From a virus (Duplodnaviria > Caudoviricetes), in IMG/VR virus record IMGVR_UViG_3300020045_007287, positions 1 through 26,974 of that record: 26,974 nucleotides of DNA, one strand, 5' to 3'. Every line of letters begins with the position of its first letter. Position 1 is the stretch's first letter. The notes beneath the pieces were generated by a model that saw nothing but the letters and a program-made list of their open reading frames with translations, was not told the origin of the DNA and searched no databases. The position numbers were made by a program, and so were the translations under genes. Shown one piece after another: positions 1 to 8,870 of this stretch.

Positions 1-2018
1 GTGCGATGGGTGTTGCTGCCGGTGGCATCGGACTACTGACAACAGCAATCAAGGTGTTCATGAAAGCTACGCCGGCCCTTGCTGCCGCATCAGCAGTATG
101 GGCAGTATGGGAAATCGGTTCTGCGGTTCTTGATAAGTGGCGCAAGAGTTCCGAACTGGCGCGTGCTGAGAAGGCAAAGTTGGCCGGTGGTCCTGCCGCT
201 GCGGCAACGCCAAACCCAGGCACGGGATCAACTCCCGGCGATCAGACATTGAAGGAACTCGATACCTTCTTGGAGAAGAACCAGACGAAGATAGACCGTG
301 CATCTAAGGCATCTCGTCTGCGTGGTTCGAAAGGTGAACTGGAAGAACGCCAGCGCATCGCCACTGAAGAACTTTCGATTCGTCGTCAGACCATCGCTGA
401 TGAAATCAAGGACGAGAAGAAGAAAGGCGAAGCGTTCGCCAAGATCGACGCGCAAATTCTTCAAGTCCGCAAGACCGAAGAACAGAAGTTCAACAACGAA
501 CGCCAATCGAGCAATGAAACTGAAGCAAGCAAGCGCAAGCGGCTTGCCGAAGAAGTTGCACAAGAACTGTTGAAGATTCAAGACGATGTTGCCAAGCGTG
601 AGACTGCTGCCGATCCAACGTCGTCTATCGATGAACGTCTGAAGACCCGCCTCGCGGCCATCGCGCACGAGTACGACAAACTGCGTGACAAGGTTCGCAA
701 GGTGTCGGAGTTCAACCCTGCTGCCGCGAAGACTGCCGATGAGGCTATCGCCAAGGTGGTCAAGCAACGCCAAGAAGTCGAAGCGATCAAGGTCAAGACT
801 GAAGAACTGCAGCGGCTTGAAAAGCAACTCGCAGATTCGCAATCGGTTCGCACTGCGAAACTGGAAGAAAACAAGGCACTCTATGAGGCCGGTGCACTGA
901 GCCTGCAAGACTTCATCGAGGCAAACGAAGGTGTCAACGATAAGTTCGGGTCAGTCATCGATCAGAACATCTATCAGTTGCGTGAGTATGCAATTGCGAT
1001 CAAAGAACTTCTCGATCCGACTGCCTATGAGCAGTTGATCACCCGCTTGTCAGTCACGCAGACGCAGAACCGCCCAGGCGCAGCAAACGCAAAAGGTCGG
1101 GCCGACTCTGCCGAAGGTGAGTTCAATCGTCTGTTGGAGCAACGCAAGATTCTTCTTGACGACATCGCGTTGCGTGAGAAGCTGATGTTGATCACCAACG
1201 AAGAAGCCGTTGCGAAGACCAATCAAGTGAATGGTCAGTACAAGCAGCAGATCATCGACACCGGTGCGGCATTGATGTCCTACATCACGATGCTTCGCAG
1301 CATGACGAACGATCCTGCCGCGATCATGCAACTTGATGCGTTGGCTGCAAAAATCGCAGGCGTTACGCTTGAAACACAAAACGCGCAACAGGCGTTCACC
1401 GGCCTGGAACAGACCATCATTGGATCGGCTACCCGTGGGATGCTGTCCACATTCGAATCGATGGTCGACACGCTAGGTCAGGTGATCGTCGGCCAGTCGT
1501 CTGTGAAGGACGGATTCAAGTCGATGGCACAGGCTGGCTTGCAGATGTTTTCGCAACTTCTCAAAGAAGCGGCGATGTATATCATCAAGATGCAACTGAT
1601 CAAGGCGCTGCAGGGTGCTGGCCCTTACGGTCAACTTGCAGCGAGCGCACTTCAAGCCACGATGCCTGTTGGCGTAAAGCACACTGGCGGTCGTGCAGGC
1701 AGTCCGTCGAGCGCATCGCGCAGCATTGGTGGCGGCTCATGGATGAGCGGCATTCCGCAGATGCACGACGGTGGCGTGTCCGGCCTGAACAACAACGAGG
1801 TCTTGCGTGTGTTGGAGAAGAACGAAGAAGTCATCACGGCTGACGACTCGCGCCATGTGATGAACGGCGGTGCATCACCACAACAGGCAATGCGCTTTGT
1901 CTTGGTGGACGACCGATCCAAGATTCCCGAGGCGATGGCAAGTGCTGAAGGTGAGCAAGTGACCATGTTGAATTTGCGTCGTAACATTGCAACCGTGAAA
2001 CAAATGCTTTCGGACTAA
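1..2018 (+). CDS. Tail tape measure protein, C-terminal part (5' truncated)
   Basis: Long Ala/Glu/Lys/Gln-rich helical ORF open from the window edge; C-terminal HTGG / MHDGG...NEVLRVLEKNEEVIT motifs typical of tape measures; precedes tail genes. Confidence 0.9.
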   Translation, partial: AMGVAAGGIGLLTTAIKVFMKATPALAAASAVWAVWEIGSAVLDKWRKSSELARAEKAKLAGGPAAAATPNPGTGSTPGDQTLKELDTFLEKNQTKIDRASKASRLRGSKGELEERQRIATEELSIRRQTIADEIKDEKKKGEAFAKIDAQILQVRKTEEQKFNNERQSSNETEASKRKRLAEEVAQELLKIQDDVAKRETAADPTSSIDERLKTRLAAIAHEYDKLRDKVRKVSEFNPAAAKTADEAIAKVVKQRQEVEAIKVKTEELQRLEKQLADSQSVRTAKLEENKALYEAGALSLQDFIEANEGVNDKFGSVIDQNIYQLREYAIAIKELLDPTAYEQLITRLSVTQTQNRPGAANAKGRADSAEGEFNRLLEQRKILLDDIALREKLMLITNEEAVAKTNQVNGQYKQQIIDTGAALMSYITMLRSMTNDPAAIMQLDALAAKIAGVTLETQNAQQAFTGLEQTIIGSATRGMLSTFESMVDTLGQVIVGQSSVKDGFKSMAQAGLQMFSQLLKEAAMYIIKMQLIKALQGAGPYGQLAASALQATMPVGVKHTGGRAGSPSSASRSIGGGSWMSGIPQMHDGGVSGLNNNEVLRVLEKNEEVITADDSRHVMNGGASPQQAMRFVLVDDRSKIPEAMASAEGEQVTMLNLRRNIATVKQMLSD

Positions 2019-2022
2019 CCCC

Positions 2023-4074
2023 ATGGCTGCACAAACGGTCTATGGCATCGCCATCCCTGACGCTGGCGTTGCTGCCGGCTTCACCAATGGCGAATTGGCC
2101 CTGGCCGTCGCCAGCCCGCAGAACACTGCTGCAACAGGCGTCGTCTACCATCTTGGAAAGTGGCTGACACTGCGCAATGGTGGGGTCTACCGGCTAAAGA
2201 TCAACACTTCGAAGCCGTGCAGTTTCTGGATCGGCAGTGAACTGATCAGCACTCGTCGCGTCGTTTCACTGAACGGCCAGCAGGGAAGCCCCGTCGAAGC
2301 AGATTTCTTTGTGCGTGAGGGTGCCCAGCGGATCAACATCGCGTTGACGAACCCGAGTGCGGGAAATTGCTTTGTCGTCTTCTCGATCTGGAAGGACGGT
2401 GCACCGATCTATTCATCGGCTGCGGCTGGCTGGCTGTTCGATACCGTCTTTGTGCCCGACGCGACTTTGCCCGCTGCCACTGACTATCGGCTTGCCTTGC
2501 CGGTCTTCATGCTCACGCCGAACTGGAAATCAGGTATCACTGAACGGCTGTCCTGGCTGACCGAAATCATGGTCAGTGAAACGAGTGAAGAACAACGCCG
2601 GTCACTGCTGACCTACCCCCGTCGAACATTCGAGGGGAACTTCATGCGTAGCGGTGAAGATCGCATGCGCCTGAACGACTTCATCACGGGGGTCGGCTAT
2701 GAGAAGTTCCTCGCACCCTTCTGGCCTGAACAGATGCGGTGCAGTCAAGTTCTATCGATTGGCAATACTTCGCTGACCTTCCCTGCTGGCCGGCTGGCCG
2801 GGCGTGAGTTTGCGGCCGACGATCTTGTGTTGATCAGCCGTGGCACCAAGGTGTTCGAGGTCGTCGAGGTCGAAACGGTGACACAGACTGCAACCGTCGA
2901 CACGATCACCTTCAAGGGCGGTGTCACGAAAGCGTGGGCGTCAGGCTACCGGATCACCCCGCTGCACGTTGTTCGCTTCGAAACACTGCCAGCACTGAGC
3001 AACATCACCGACAAGGTGGGCACGGCACAGATTCGGTTTGAACTTGACGAGACATTCAAAACGACTGAAGCGTCATGGGGCTACTGTGCGCCATTGTGGC
3101 GCTTCAAGTACGAGCGTAAGACTGCGGTTCAGAATCAATTCGCACGTCTGACCTACGTCATCGACAACCAGATCGCGCCAATCGATTTAATCGACTATGG
3201 CGACGTTTCAAAGGTCGGTGTGCGCGCAGGGGTCAGGCTCATTGGTCGTGAGCGTGTGGCTTCGTTTAAATCGTTCCTGGCTATGGCCCGTGGGCGGGCA
3301 CTTCGGTTCTGGCTGCCATCTGGAACGAATGACCTTGAAGTTGCTGGTGGGTTTGCCGGGGGAGTCACTTTCGAAGCGAAGGCTACAGGTTACGCCGAAT
3401 GGCTGTTGCTTTCGCAGGACGCACGCAAGACCATCACAATTGAATTGAACGACGGGAACCCTTCGTTGTACCGTCGAGTGATTGGCGTCGAGCGTATCGG
3501 TGACTTCGACAGGTTCACGTTGGATCGTGCGTTGCCTGCGATCAATGCAGCGCAGGTCGGTCGGGTAAGTTTCATTCTGCCGGTCAGGTTCGATCAAGAC
3601 ACCTTCGAGTTGCATCACCACACCGACAGCGCAAAAGTTGTTGACGGCAGCGTCACATTCATGTCTTCGAACATCGATGACATGCCTGACATCGAATGTG
3701 CTGTAACGAGTTGGACGTATCCTGCCCTTGCTTCTGATTCGCTGAGAATCAGTGCGATGGTTACAGGCGGGAAGTTTGGCGGTGTTCCTCCGACGACTGA
3801 AGGCTTGAACATCACTGCCGCAATGACTGCAGGGCTGTTGCGCACCATGCTCCTGTCGAACGACATGGGTGCTGAAGGCTTGAATATCAGCGCAGCAATT
3901 ACTGCGGGCTTGCTGCGCACCATACTTCTGTCGAACGACATGGGTGCTGAAGGTTTGAATATCAGCGCGGCAATGACTGCCGGCACTTTGCAAGCAGTTC
4001 TTATCTCCATCACCACTTACGCGCCCGAGGGTTTGAACATCTCGGCTGCTATCACCGGGGGCACTTTGACATGA
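2023..4074 (+). CDS. Distal tail / virion structural protein with extra N-terminal domain and C-terminal 25-aa repeats
   Basis: Directly follows tape measure; PNWxxGITERLSWLT...EQRRSL and RGRALRFWLPS motifs recognised from GTA/siphovirus distal tail proteins. Confidence 0.75.
   Translation: MAAQTVYGIAIPDAGVAAGFTNGELALAVASPQNTAATGVVYHLGKWLTLRNGGVYRLKINTSKPCSFWIGSELISTRRVVSLNGQQGSPVEADFFVREGAQRINIALTNPSAGNCFVVFSIWKDGAPIYSSAAAGWLFDTVFVPDATLPAATDYRLALPVFMLTPNWKSGITERLSWLTEIMVSETSEEQRRSLLTYPRRTFEGNFMRSGEDRMRLNDFITGVGYEKFLAPFWPEQMRCSQVLSIGNTSLTFPAGRLAGREFAADDLVLISRGTKVFEVVEVETVTQTATVDTITFKGGVTKAWASGYRITPLHVVRFETLPALSNITDKVGTAQIRFELDETFKTTEASWGYCAPLWRFKYERKTAVQNQFARLTYVIDNQIAPIDLIDYGDVSKVGVRAGVRLIGRERVASFKSFLAMARGRALRFWLPSGTNDLEVAGGFAGGVTFEAKATGYAEWLLLSQDARKTITIELNDGNPSLYRRVIGVERIGDFDRFTLDRALPAINAAQVGRVSFILPVRFDQDTFELHHHTDSAKVVDGSVTFMSSNIDDMPDIECAVTSWTYPALASDSLRISAMVTGGKFGGVPPTTEGLNITAAMTAGLLRTMLLSNDMGAEGLNISAAITAGLLRTILLSNDMGAEGLNISAAMTAGTLQAVLISITTYAPEGLNISAAITGGTLT
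3799..4070 (+). repeat. Coding tandem repeat, about 75-nt unit (EGLNI[ST]AA[MI]T[AG]G...), four unit starts
   Basis: Units start at 3799, 3874, 3949 and 4027 (spacing 75, 75, 78 nt). Confidence 0.9.
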
Positions 4075-4994
4075 GCGATGTAAATCTGGCTGTTGGACTT
4101 GGCGGGTACTTCAAACTCGTCGCAACCAACGTGACTACGGGCAAGGTCCGTGAGTTGACTGGCTGGTTCAAGAACCTGATCACGGATGCGGGTCTTGAGC
4201 GGATAGGCGCAACCGCAGGCACGCGCGAATACTGCATGGTGGGTTCAGGCTCAATTGCACCGAGCGTCGCAGATACGACTTTGCAAACGAAGGTCGCCCA
4301 TTCGAGTACGAAGCAAAGTGATACCAATGGGCGCACAAGCGTTTCGCCATACTACGCATGGAACCGAGTCACGTATCGGTTCGCAACCGGTGTCGCTGCC
4401 GGTAATCTGGCGGAAGTTGGCGTTGGTTGGACGACGACTGCTGTTTTCAGTCGAAGTCTCATCAAGGACGGCAATGGCAATCCAACCACAGTCACAGTGC
4501 TTTCGGACGAGACGCTTGATGTTCTGTATGAACTTCGCGCATACGCGCCTGAAACTGACACCACGTTTCAACTTGTCATCGGCGGTGTCACACATGATTG
4601 TGTTCTACGCGCCTGTGCGGTAACTTCAAACATTCATTGGGCATCACTGCCGAATGACTTGGCATTCAACTTGAACACCGCACCGGCGCAGTACGGTTAC
4701 TGTCGAGCGTGGAATGGATCACTCGGGGGAATAACTACGGAACCCGGAGGCACGAGCAGTGATGCAACTTCGCTCATTCAAAACGTATATTCCAACAACT
4801 CACGCAAACGCACCGGCACACTGAACTTTGGTCTGAACGCCGGAAACCTTGCAGGTGGCATCACGGCAATCACGTTTGGCGGGTATGCGGCCTATCTCGG
4901 CACATTCAAAGTCAGTTTCAGCCCCGCGATCAACAAGTTGAACACGCAGACGCTGGCGTTGAATGTTGAAATGTCATGGGCGCGGGCTGCCTGA
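4071..4994 (+). CDS. Virion structural / tail fibre-associated protein (307 aa)
   Basis: ATGA overlap with upstream gene; WFKNLITDAGL, GNLAEVGVGW, VLSDETLDVLYELR motifs; Thr/Gly/Asn rich. Confidence 0.7.
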   Translation: MSDVNLAVGLGGYFKLVATNVTTGKVRELTGWFKNLITDAGLERIGATAGTREYCMVGSGSIAPSVADTTLQTKVAHSSTKQSDTNGRTSVSPYYAWNRVTYRFATGVAAGNLAEVGVGWTTTAVFSRSLIKDGNGNPTTVTVLSDETLDVLYELRAYAPETDTTFQLVIGGVTHDCVLRACAVTSNIHWASLPNDLAFNLNTAPAQYGYCRAWNGSLGGITTEPGGTSSDATSLIQNVYSNNSRKRTGTLNFGLNAGNLAGGITAITFGGYAAYLGTFKVSFSPAINKLNTQTLALNVEMSWARAA

Positions 4995-4996
4995 TC

Positions 4997-5572
4997 ATGC
5001 TGCCGAACAACGTAGCATCGACATTCCCGATGAGTTCGATCTATCTTGCTGGTGACGGCAATCGCGTCAGCAAGTTGGAAGACTTTGAAATGGGCGGCAT
5101 TGCCATTCAAGATCCATCACAGGGCCTGTCGACTTACTTGTGGCGCTGTTGGGTAGAAGACTCAAATGTCTTCTTGCAGCGTGATGGCGCCGCACCGGAC
5201 TTGCTTTTTATCCAAAGCGGAATCGTCGATATTGCACTTGGCTTCGATCAGTCGATGCGCCACAACGTCGCCTATGAGTTGAACAATGGTGATGTCGGCC
5301 TGCGTTGGTTCGACTCGGTTCCATCTGCCTATGTGACAACGGTTTTCACCGGCTACCGGAACCCGAGGCTCGCGCTCGATGACAAGCGCATTGAGCAGAT
5401 TGGCAATTCCGATCTGATCTTCGGGTACATCCGTGCTGGCAATCTGGCCTACCGTCAGCAACGTGATCGGTTCCAAACTGAACGTATCTTGAAGACTGGA
5501 ATTCAACCAAACATCAGGCTGAAGAACATCGGCATGGGTACAAACTTGCGGCTGCAGTTCGAACTGGTTTGA
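4997..5572 (+). CDS. Tail protein (191 aa)
   Basis: Start moved to ATG 4997 just after upstream stop; DFEMGGIAIQDPSQGL and YRQQRDRF motifs seen in siphophage tail modules. Confidence 0.7.
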   Translation: MLPNNVASTFPMSSIYLAGDGNRVSKLEDFEMGGIAIQDPSQGLSTYLWRCWVEDSNVFLQRDGAAPDLLFIQSGIVDIALGFDQSMRHNVAYELNNGDVGLRWFDSVPSAYVTTVFTGYRNPRLALDDKRIEQIGNSDLIFGYIRAGNLAYRQQRDRFQTERILKTGIQPNIRLKNIGMGTNLRLQFELV

Positions 5573-5576
5573 CGAA

Positions 5577-6398
5577 ATGACTTTCAACGCCTACGAATCA
5601 TCGACTGAACTCGGTCAGCCAATTCAGTTCTATCGCTTCACGCTCGGGAGTACCGTGTGGAGGTACACCAGCAGCGACCGCGATATTCTTGTCGGTGGTG
5701 TCTTGTGGAAAAGCAAGGCTATTCGTGACGACGGCGTGAAACAGTCGGGTCAGTCTGTCAGCGACACGTTGAACATCGACGGGCCAAACAATATCGGTCC
5801 CGGCGCAATCTTTGGCGTCTCACCACCCCAAGAAGCAATGCGGGCTGAGATACTTCGCATGCATGAGGGGATGACAGTTCTGTCGATCACCTATGTTGGT
5901 GAAGTAGTGCAGGTCGGCTACCCCACTCCAGGCGCCTGCCGCGTGACCTGCCAAACCCTATCGGCCACGATGCGACGGCAAGGTTTGCGACTTGGTTGGC
6001 AGCGATCATGTCCCCACACCATCTATGATCCCCTGACTTGCCGCGTGTCAAAAGCGACCTGGGCTGAATCGATCACCCTTGAAACTGTGACAGGTCTTGT
6101 GGTGGTCTCGGCAGCTTTTGCCGGATTCCCCGACAACTATTTCAGTGGCGGGTTCATAGAGTTCGCCGACCCGTTGCGTGGCTTTCAAGCAATCACAATC
6201 GAATCGCACATTGGCAATCAAGTTACGATGTTCGATGACACGTCTGATCTGTACCCTGGTTTGATAGTGACTGCCTATCCGGGCTGCAATCAAACTGAGA
6301 CTGCATGCCGGGCATTCGGGAACATCTTGAACTATGGCGGTTACAAGAATATGCCCGGAAAGTCCCCGTTTGACGGCATCGCATCACCGATGTTCTAA
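5577..6398 (+). CDS. DUF2163 / phage BR0599-family tail assembly protein with Cys cluster
   Basis: F..YE.S...GQP...YRF, WQRSCPHTIYD...C, YPGC...C..FGN..NYGG..PGKSPF; four Cys typical of the Fe-S-binding tail tip family. Confidence 0.85.
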   Translation: MTFNAYESSTELGQPIQFYRFTLGSTVWRYTSSDRDILVGGVLWKSKAIRDDGVKQSGQSVSDTLNIDGPNNIGPGAIFGVSPPQEAMRAEILRMHEGMTVLSITYVGEVVQVGYPTPGACRVTCQTLSATMRRQGLRLGWQRSCPHTIYDPLTCRVSKATWAESITLETVTGLVVVSAAFAGFPDNYFSGGFIEFADPLRGFQAITIESHIGNQVTMFDDTSDLYPGLIVTAYPGCNQTETACRAFGNILNYGGYKNMPGKSPFDGIASPMF

Positions 6399-6409
6399 AG
6401 GATTGAATC

Positions 6410-6664
6410 ATGTTCGGCATTGACGCACCTATTTGGATCGCCCTAGCTTCGATGGTATTGAGCGCAGTGATAAGCGCCTCGATGATGCCGAAGCATCAAC
6501 CGCCGAAGCCCGCAGCATTCGAAGATTTTGATTTTCCGCAAGTTGACGAAGGCACCCCTCAAGCCGTGATCTTCGGCGATTGCTGGTCAGGCGACTGGAC
6601 GGTGTTGGCCGTTGGAAACTACCGCACCACGCCGATCAAGAAAGACTCGGGTGGCAAGAAGTGA
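6410..6664 (+). CDS. Small tail assembly protein (84 aa)
   Basis: Hydrophobic N-terminus then DFDFPQVDEGTPQAVIFGDCW; typical position after DUF2163 gene. Confidence 0.75.
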   Translation: MFGIDAPIWIALASMVLSAVISASMMPKHQPPKPAAFEDFDFPQVDEGTPQAVIFGDCWSGDWTVLAVGNYRTTPIKKDSGGKK

Positions 6665-6870
6665 CCGAAGACGTGATCATTCATTCTCGTCATCTGCGAG
6701 AAGCTGGCATGTGCGCCCGTGGCGCAAAACAGTGGTTCCGCTTGCACGGGCTTGACTTCAATTCTTTCTTGGCTTTCGGCATCCCTGCTGCGACGGTAGA
6801 AGCATTGGGCGACGCACTTGGCAATAAAGTTGCAGCAGTCGCACGCGAAGAAGCCGAGGATGAAAAATGA
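6661..6870 (+). CDS. Small tail assembly protein (69 aa)
   Basis: GTG start overlapping upstream stop (GTGA); MCARGAKQWF..HGLD...F...GI motif typical of this position. Confidence 0.75.
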   Translation: MTEDVIIHSRHLREAGMCARGAKQWFRLHGLDFNSFLAFGIPAATVEALGDALGNKVAAVAREEAEDEK

Positions 6871-7619
6871 GTGAATACACCGCAGGCTTTCGATACTTGT
6901 TCGGCATCCATATGGGGGTATGCCGTGGTCCGGTCGACGAGGTTTGCGAATACCGTGTCGGCGACCGTACCGCATGGACTGGAAGCATGACAGCCAACGG
7001 CCAACATCAAGTTGACGCTTACGATCTGTTTGGTGGTGAAGACGGCGAAGGGGGCGTGCAGGGCTCAATGGATGTTTTGATGGGTGGTGACACGCAAGTT
7101 GCACCAGACGGACTGATCAATCTTTCGATCAACTCAAGTGCCAACGGGGATACTTCAGGCAATCTTGTTTTAGGTTCGGCGTTCATGCCGTCTCCATCAA
7201 CCATCAACGTAGAAACTGGCTACTACGAGCCGGATACGATCTATTACACGAAAGCTGGGTTTGAATTCCGAACGGACGGCACGGCTCATTCGTACATCAA
7301 CGAGGGTGCTTTCTCGCGCATCGCAAAGAGTTGGCACAAGCAGGCCCCACTGAGTACGGCAGTCACTGAAAACTTCGAAATCAAAATTGAACAGGCTTAC
7401 ATCCAAGGGGACATCGTTTTAACGGGTGATGTGGGCTCTTGGCTGTTCATGGACGTGGCACGGAGCTTCATGGTTAAATCGTTGTTTCCGGCACAAGGTA
7501 CTCTTTACTACCTGCAAGTACGTGTCATCTTCCGCCTGAATGGCGTAGAAAGTTCACCTTTCCTGATCACAATCGTGACGGGTGCCGTGCAAGTAAACCA
7601 GCCCGGCGACGGCGCGTAA
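6867..7619 (+). CDS. Central tail hub/tip protein part 1 (conserved N-terminal ~83 aa plus additional domain)
   Basis: GFRYLFGIHMGVCRGPVDE...LFGGEDGEGGVQG...MGG..Q matches the N-terminus of GTA-like tail hub proteins; ATGA overlap. Confidence 0.75.
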   Translation: MSEYTAGFRYLFGIHMGVCRGPVDEVCEYRVGDRTAWTGSMTANGQHQVDAYDLFGGEDGEGGVQGSMDVLMGGDTQVAPDGLINLSINSSANGDTSGNLVLGSAFMPSPSTINVETGYYEPDTIYYTKAGFEFRTDGTAHSYINEGAFSRIAKSWHKQAPLSTAVTENFEIKIEQAYIQGDIVLTGDVGSWLFMDVARSFMVKSLFPAQGTLYYLQVRVIFRLNGVESSPFLITIVTGAVQVNQPGDGA

Positions 7620-7625
7620 AGCATC

Positions 7626-8861
7626 ATGGCAAACACAGATCACCCTGGATACCGCGGCGCACTGACGCTGTTCTTTGACGGCATCCTGACGATGATGAAC
7701 CCGTATGCGAAGCCTTGGAAGATTCGGGTTCGCCGTCGCATGGCCGGATGGGATGGTGATGTTTTTGAACCGAGCTACGCCGGCATCGATATTCAAGTTG
7801 ACTACGATGTAGCCAACGATGGACTTGTGCAATACCCGCAGACGGACAGGCTCATCAAGGCGATGAATCCTGCGCACATGATCTATGAGTGCTTGACAAA
7901 TCGAGTATGGGGACGAGGACTACCCCGCGCAAGTATCGACGAGGCATCATTTGCTGCTGCAGCCCAGGCTCTGCATGCTGAGGGTTTCGGCATGTGCCTC
8001 AAGTGGTCACGCGCAGACAACATCGAAAACTTTGTTCAGTCAATCATCAATACGATTGGCGCGGCGACCTACGCTCACCGTGAGACTGGCCTGATCAAGT
8101 TGAAATTGATCCGGTCGGATTACACGTTTGCATCGTTGCCATTGTTTGATACTTCCACGGGGCTGCTGGAAATCACCGATGCCTCGGTTGCTGCCCCGTC
8201 GAATCAGATCAGCGAATGCATCGTGACCTACCGTGACCAAATCACGGACAAGGACCGAAAGGTTCGCGTGAAGAACACGGCAGCATTGCAGAGCAACGCC
8301 GGTGTGGCAAACACAATGCTTCGGGAGTACAAAGGGATTCCTGTCCCTGAACTTGCTTTGCGTGTCGCTCAACGCGATCTGCGTGCAGCATCGAGCCGCC
8401 TACGTCGATACTCGTTCACATTGGATCGTCGTGGATGGGGCGTGTATCCCGGCGACGTGATCCGAATTCGGGACATCGCACGCGGCATCCCTGACACGGC
8501 CGTTCGCGTAGCCACTTACGATGACGGTACGCTTGAGAACGGGCGCATCAAGATCACAGCAGTACAAGATGTGTTCTCGCTGCCAACAACGTCTTACACC
8601 GGCATTGAGCATCCTCAGTGGGTGCCACCCACCGGCACGCCCTGTATCGGCCGCCATAGAGCGTTTGAGGCCCCGTACTTTGCAGTCGCTGGTGCGCTGA
8701 GTGCTGCAGACTTCAACGCTTTGACTGGCGATGGTGCGATGTTCGCAATGCTTGCTGAAGAAGGGCAGCCTGCCAACACGACGTATGACATTGTTCGCAA
8801 GTACGGTGCGCCCGCATTGAACGAACAACCGGTTAATACTTCTTACTATTGCCCACTCTGA
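7626..8861 (+). CDS. Central tail hub/tip protein part 2 (phage tail_3-like core)
   Basis: PGYRG, NPYAKPW, MNPAHMIYECLTNRVWGRG, LHAEGFGMCLKW, LKLIRSDY, PGDVIRI, ITAVQDVFSLP motifs. Confidence 0.85.
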   Translation: MANTDHPGYRGALTLFFDGILTMMNPYAKPWKIRVRRRMAGWDGDVFEPSYAGIDIQVDYDVANDGLVQYPQTDRLIKAMNPAHMIYECLTNRVWGRGLPRASIDEASFAAAAQALHAEGFGMCLKWSRADNIENFVQSIINTIGAATYAHRETGLIKLKLIRSDYTFASLPLFDTSTGLLEITDASVAAPSNQISECIVTYRDQITDKDRKVRVKNTAALQSNAGVANTMLREYKGIPVPELALRVAQRDLRAASSRLRRYSFTLDRRGWGVYPGDVIRIRDIARGIPDTAVRVATYDDGTLENGRIKITAVQDVFSLPTTSYTGIEHPQWVPPTGTPCIGRHRAFEAPYFAVAGALSAADFNALTGDGAMFAMLAEEGQPANTTYDIVRKYGAPALNEQPVNTSYYCPL

Positions 8862-8870
8862 GAAAAATCA

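Noticed and set aside
3799-4070. Diversity-generating retroelement TR/VR pair
   Set aside because: Repeats are tandem, in frame, differ mostly synonymously rather than at adenines, and no reverse transcriptase is in the window
7116-7625. Intein or self-splicing intron in the tail hub gene
   Set aside because: No Cys/Ser start with His-Asn end, no endonuclease motif, no recognisable group I/II core; segment reads as ordinary coding sequence
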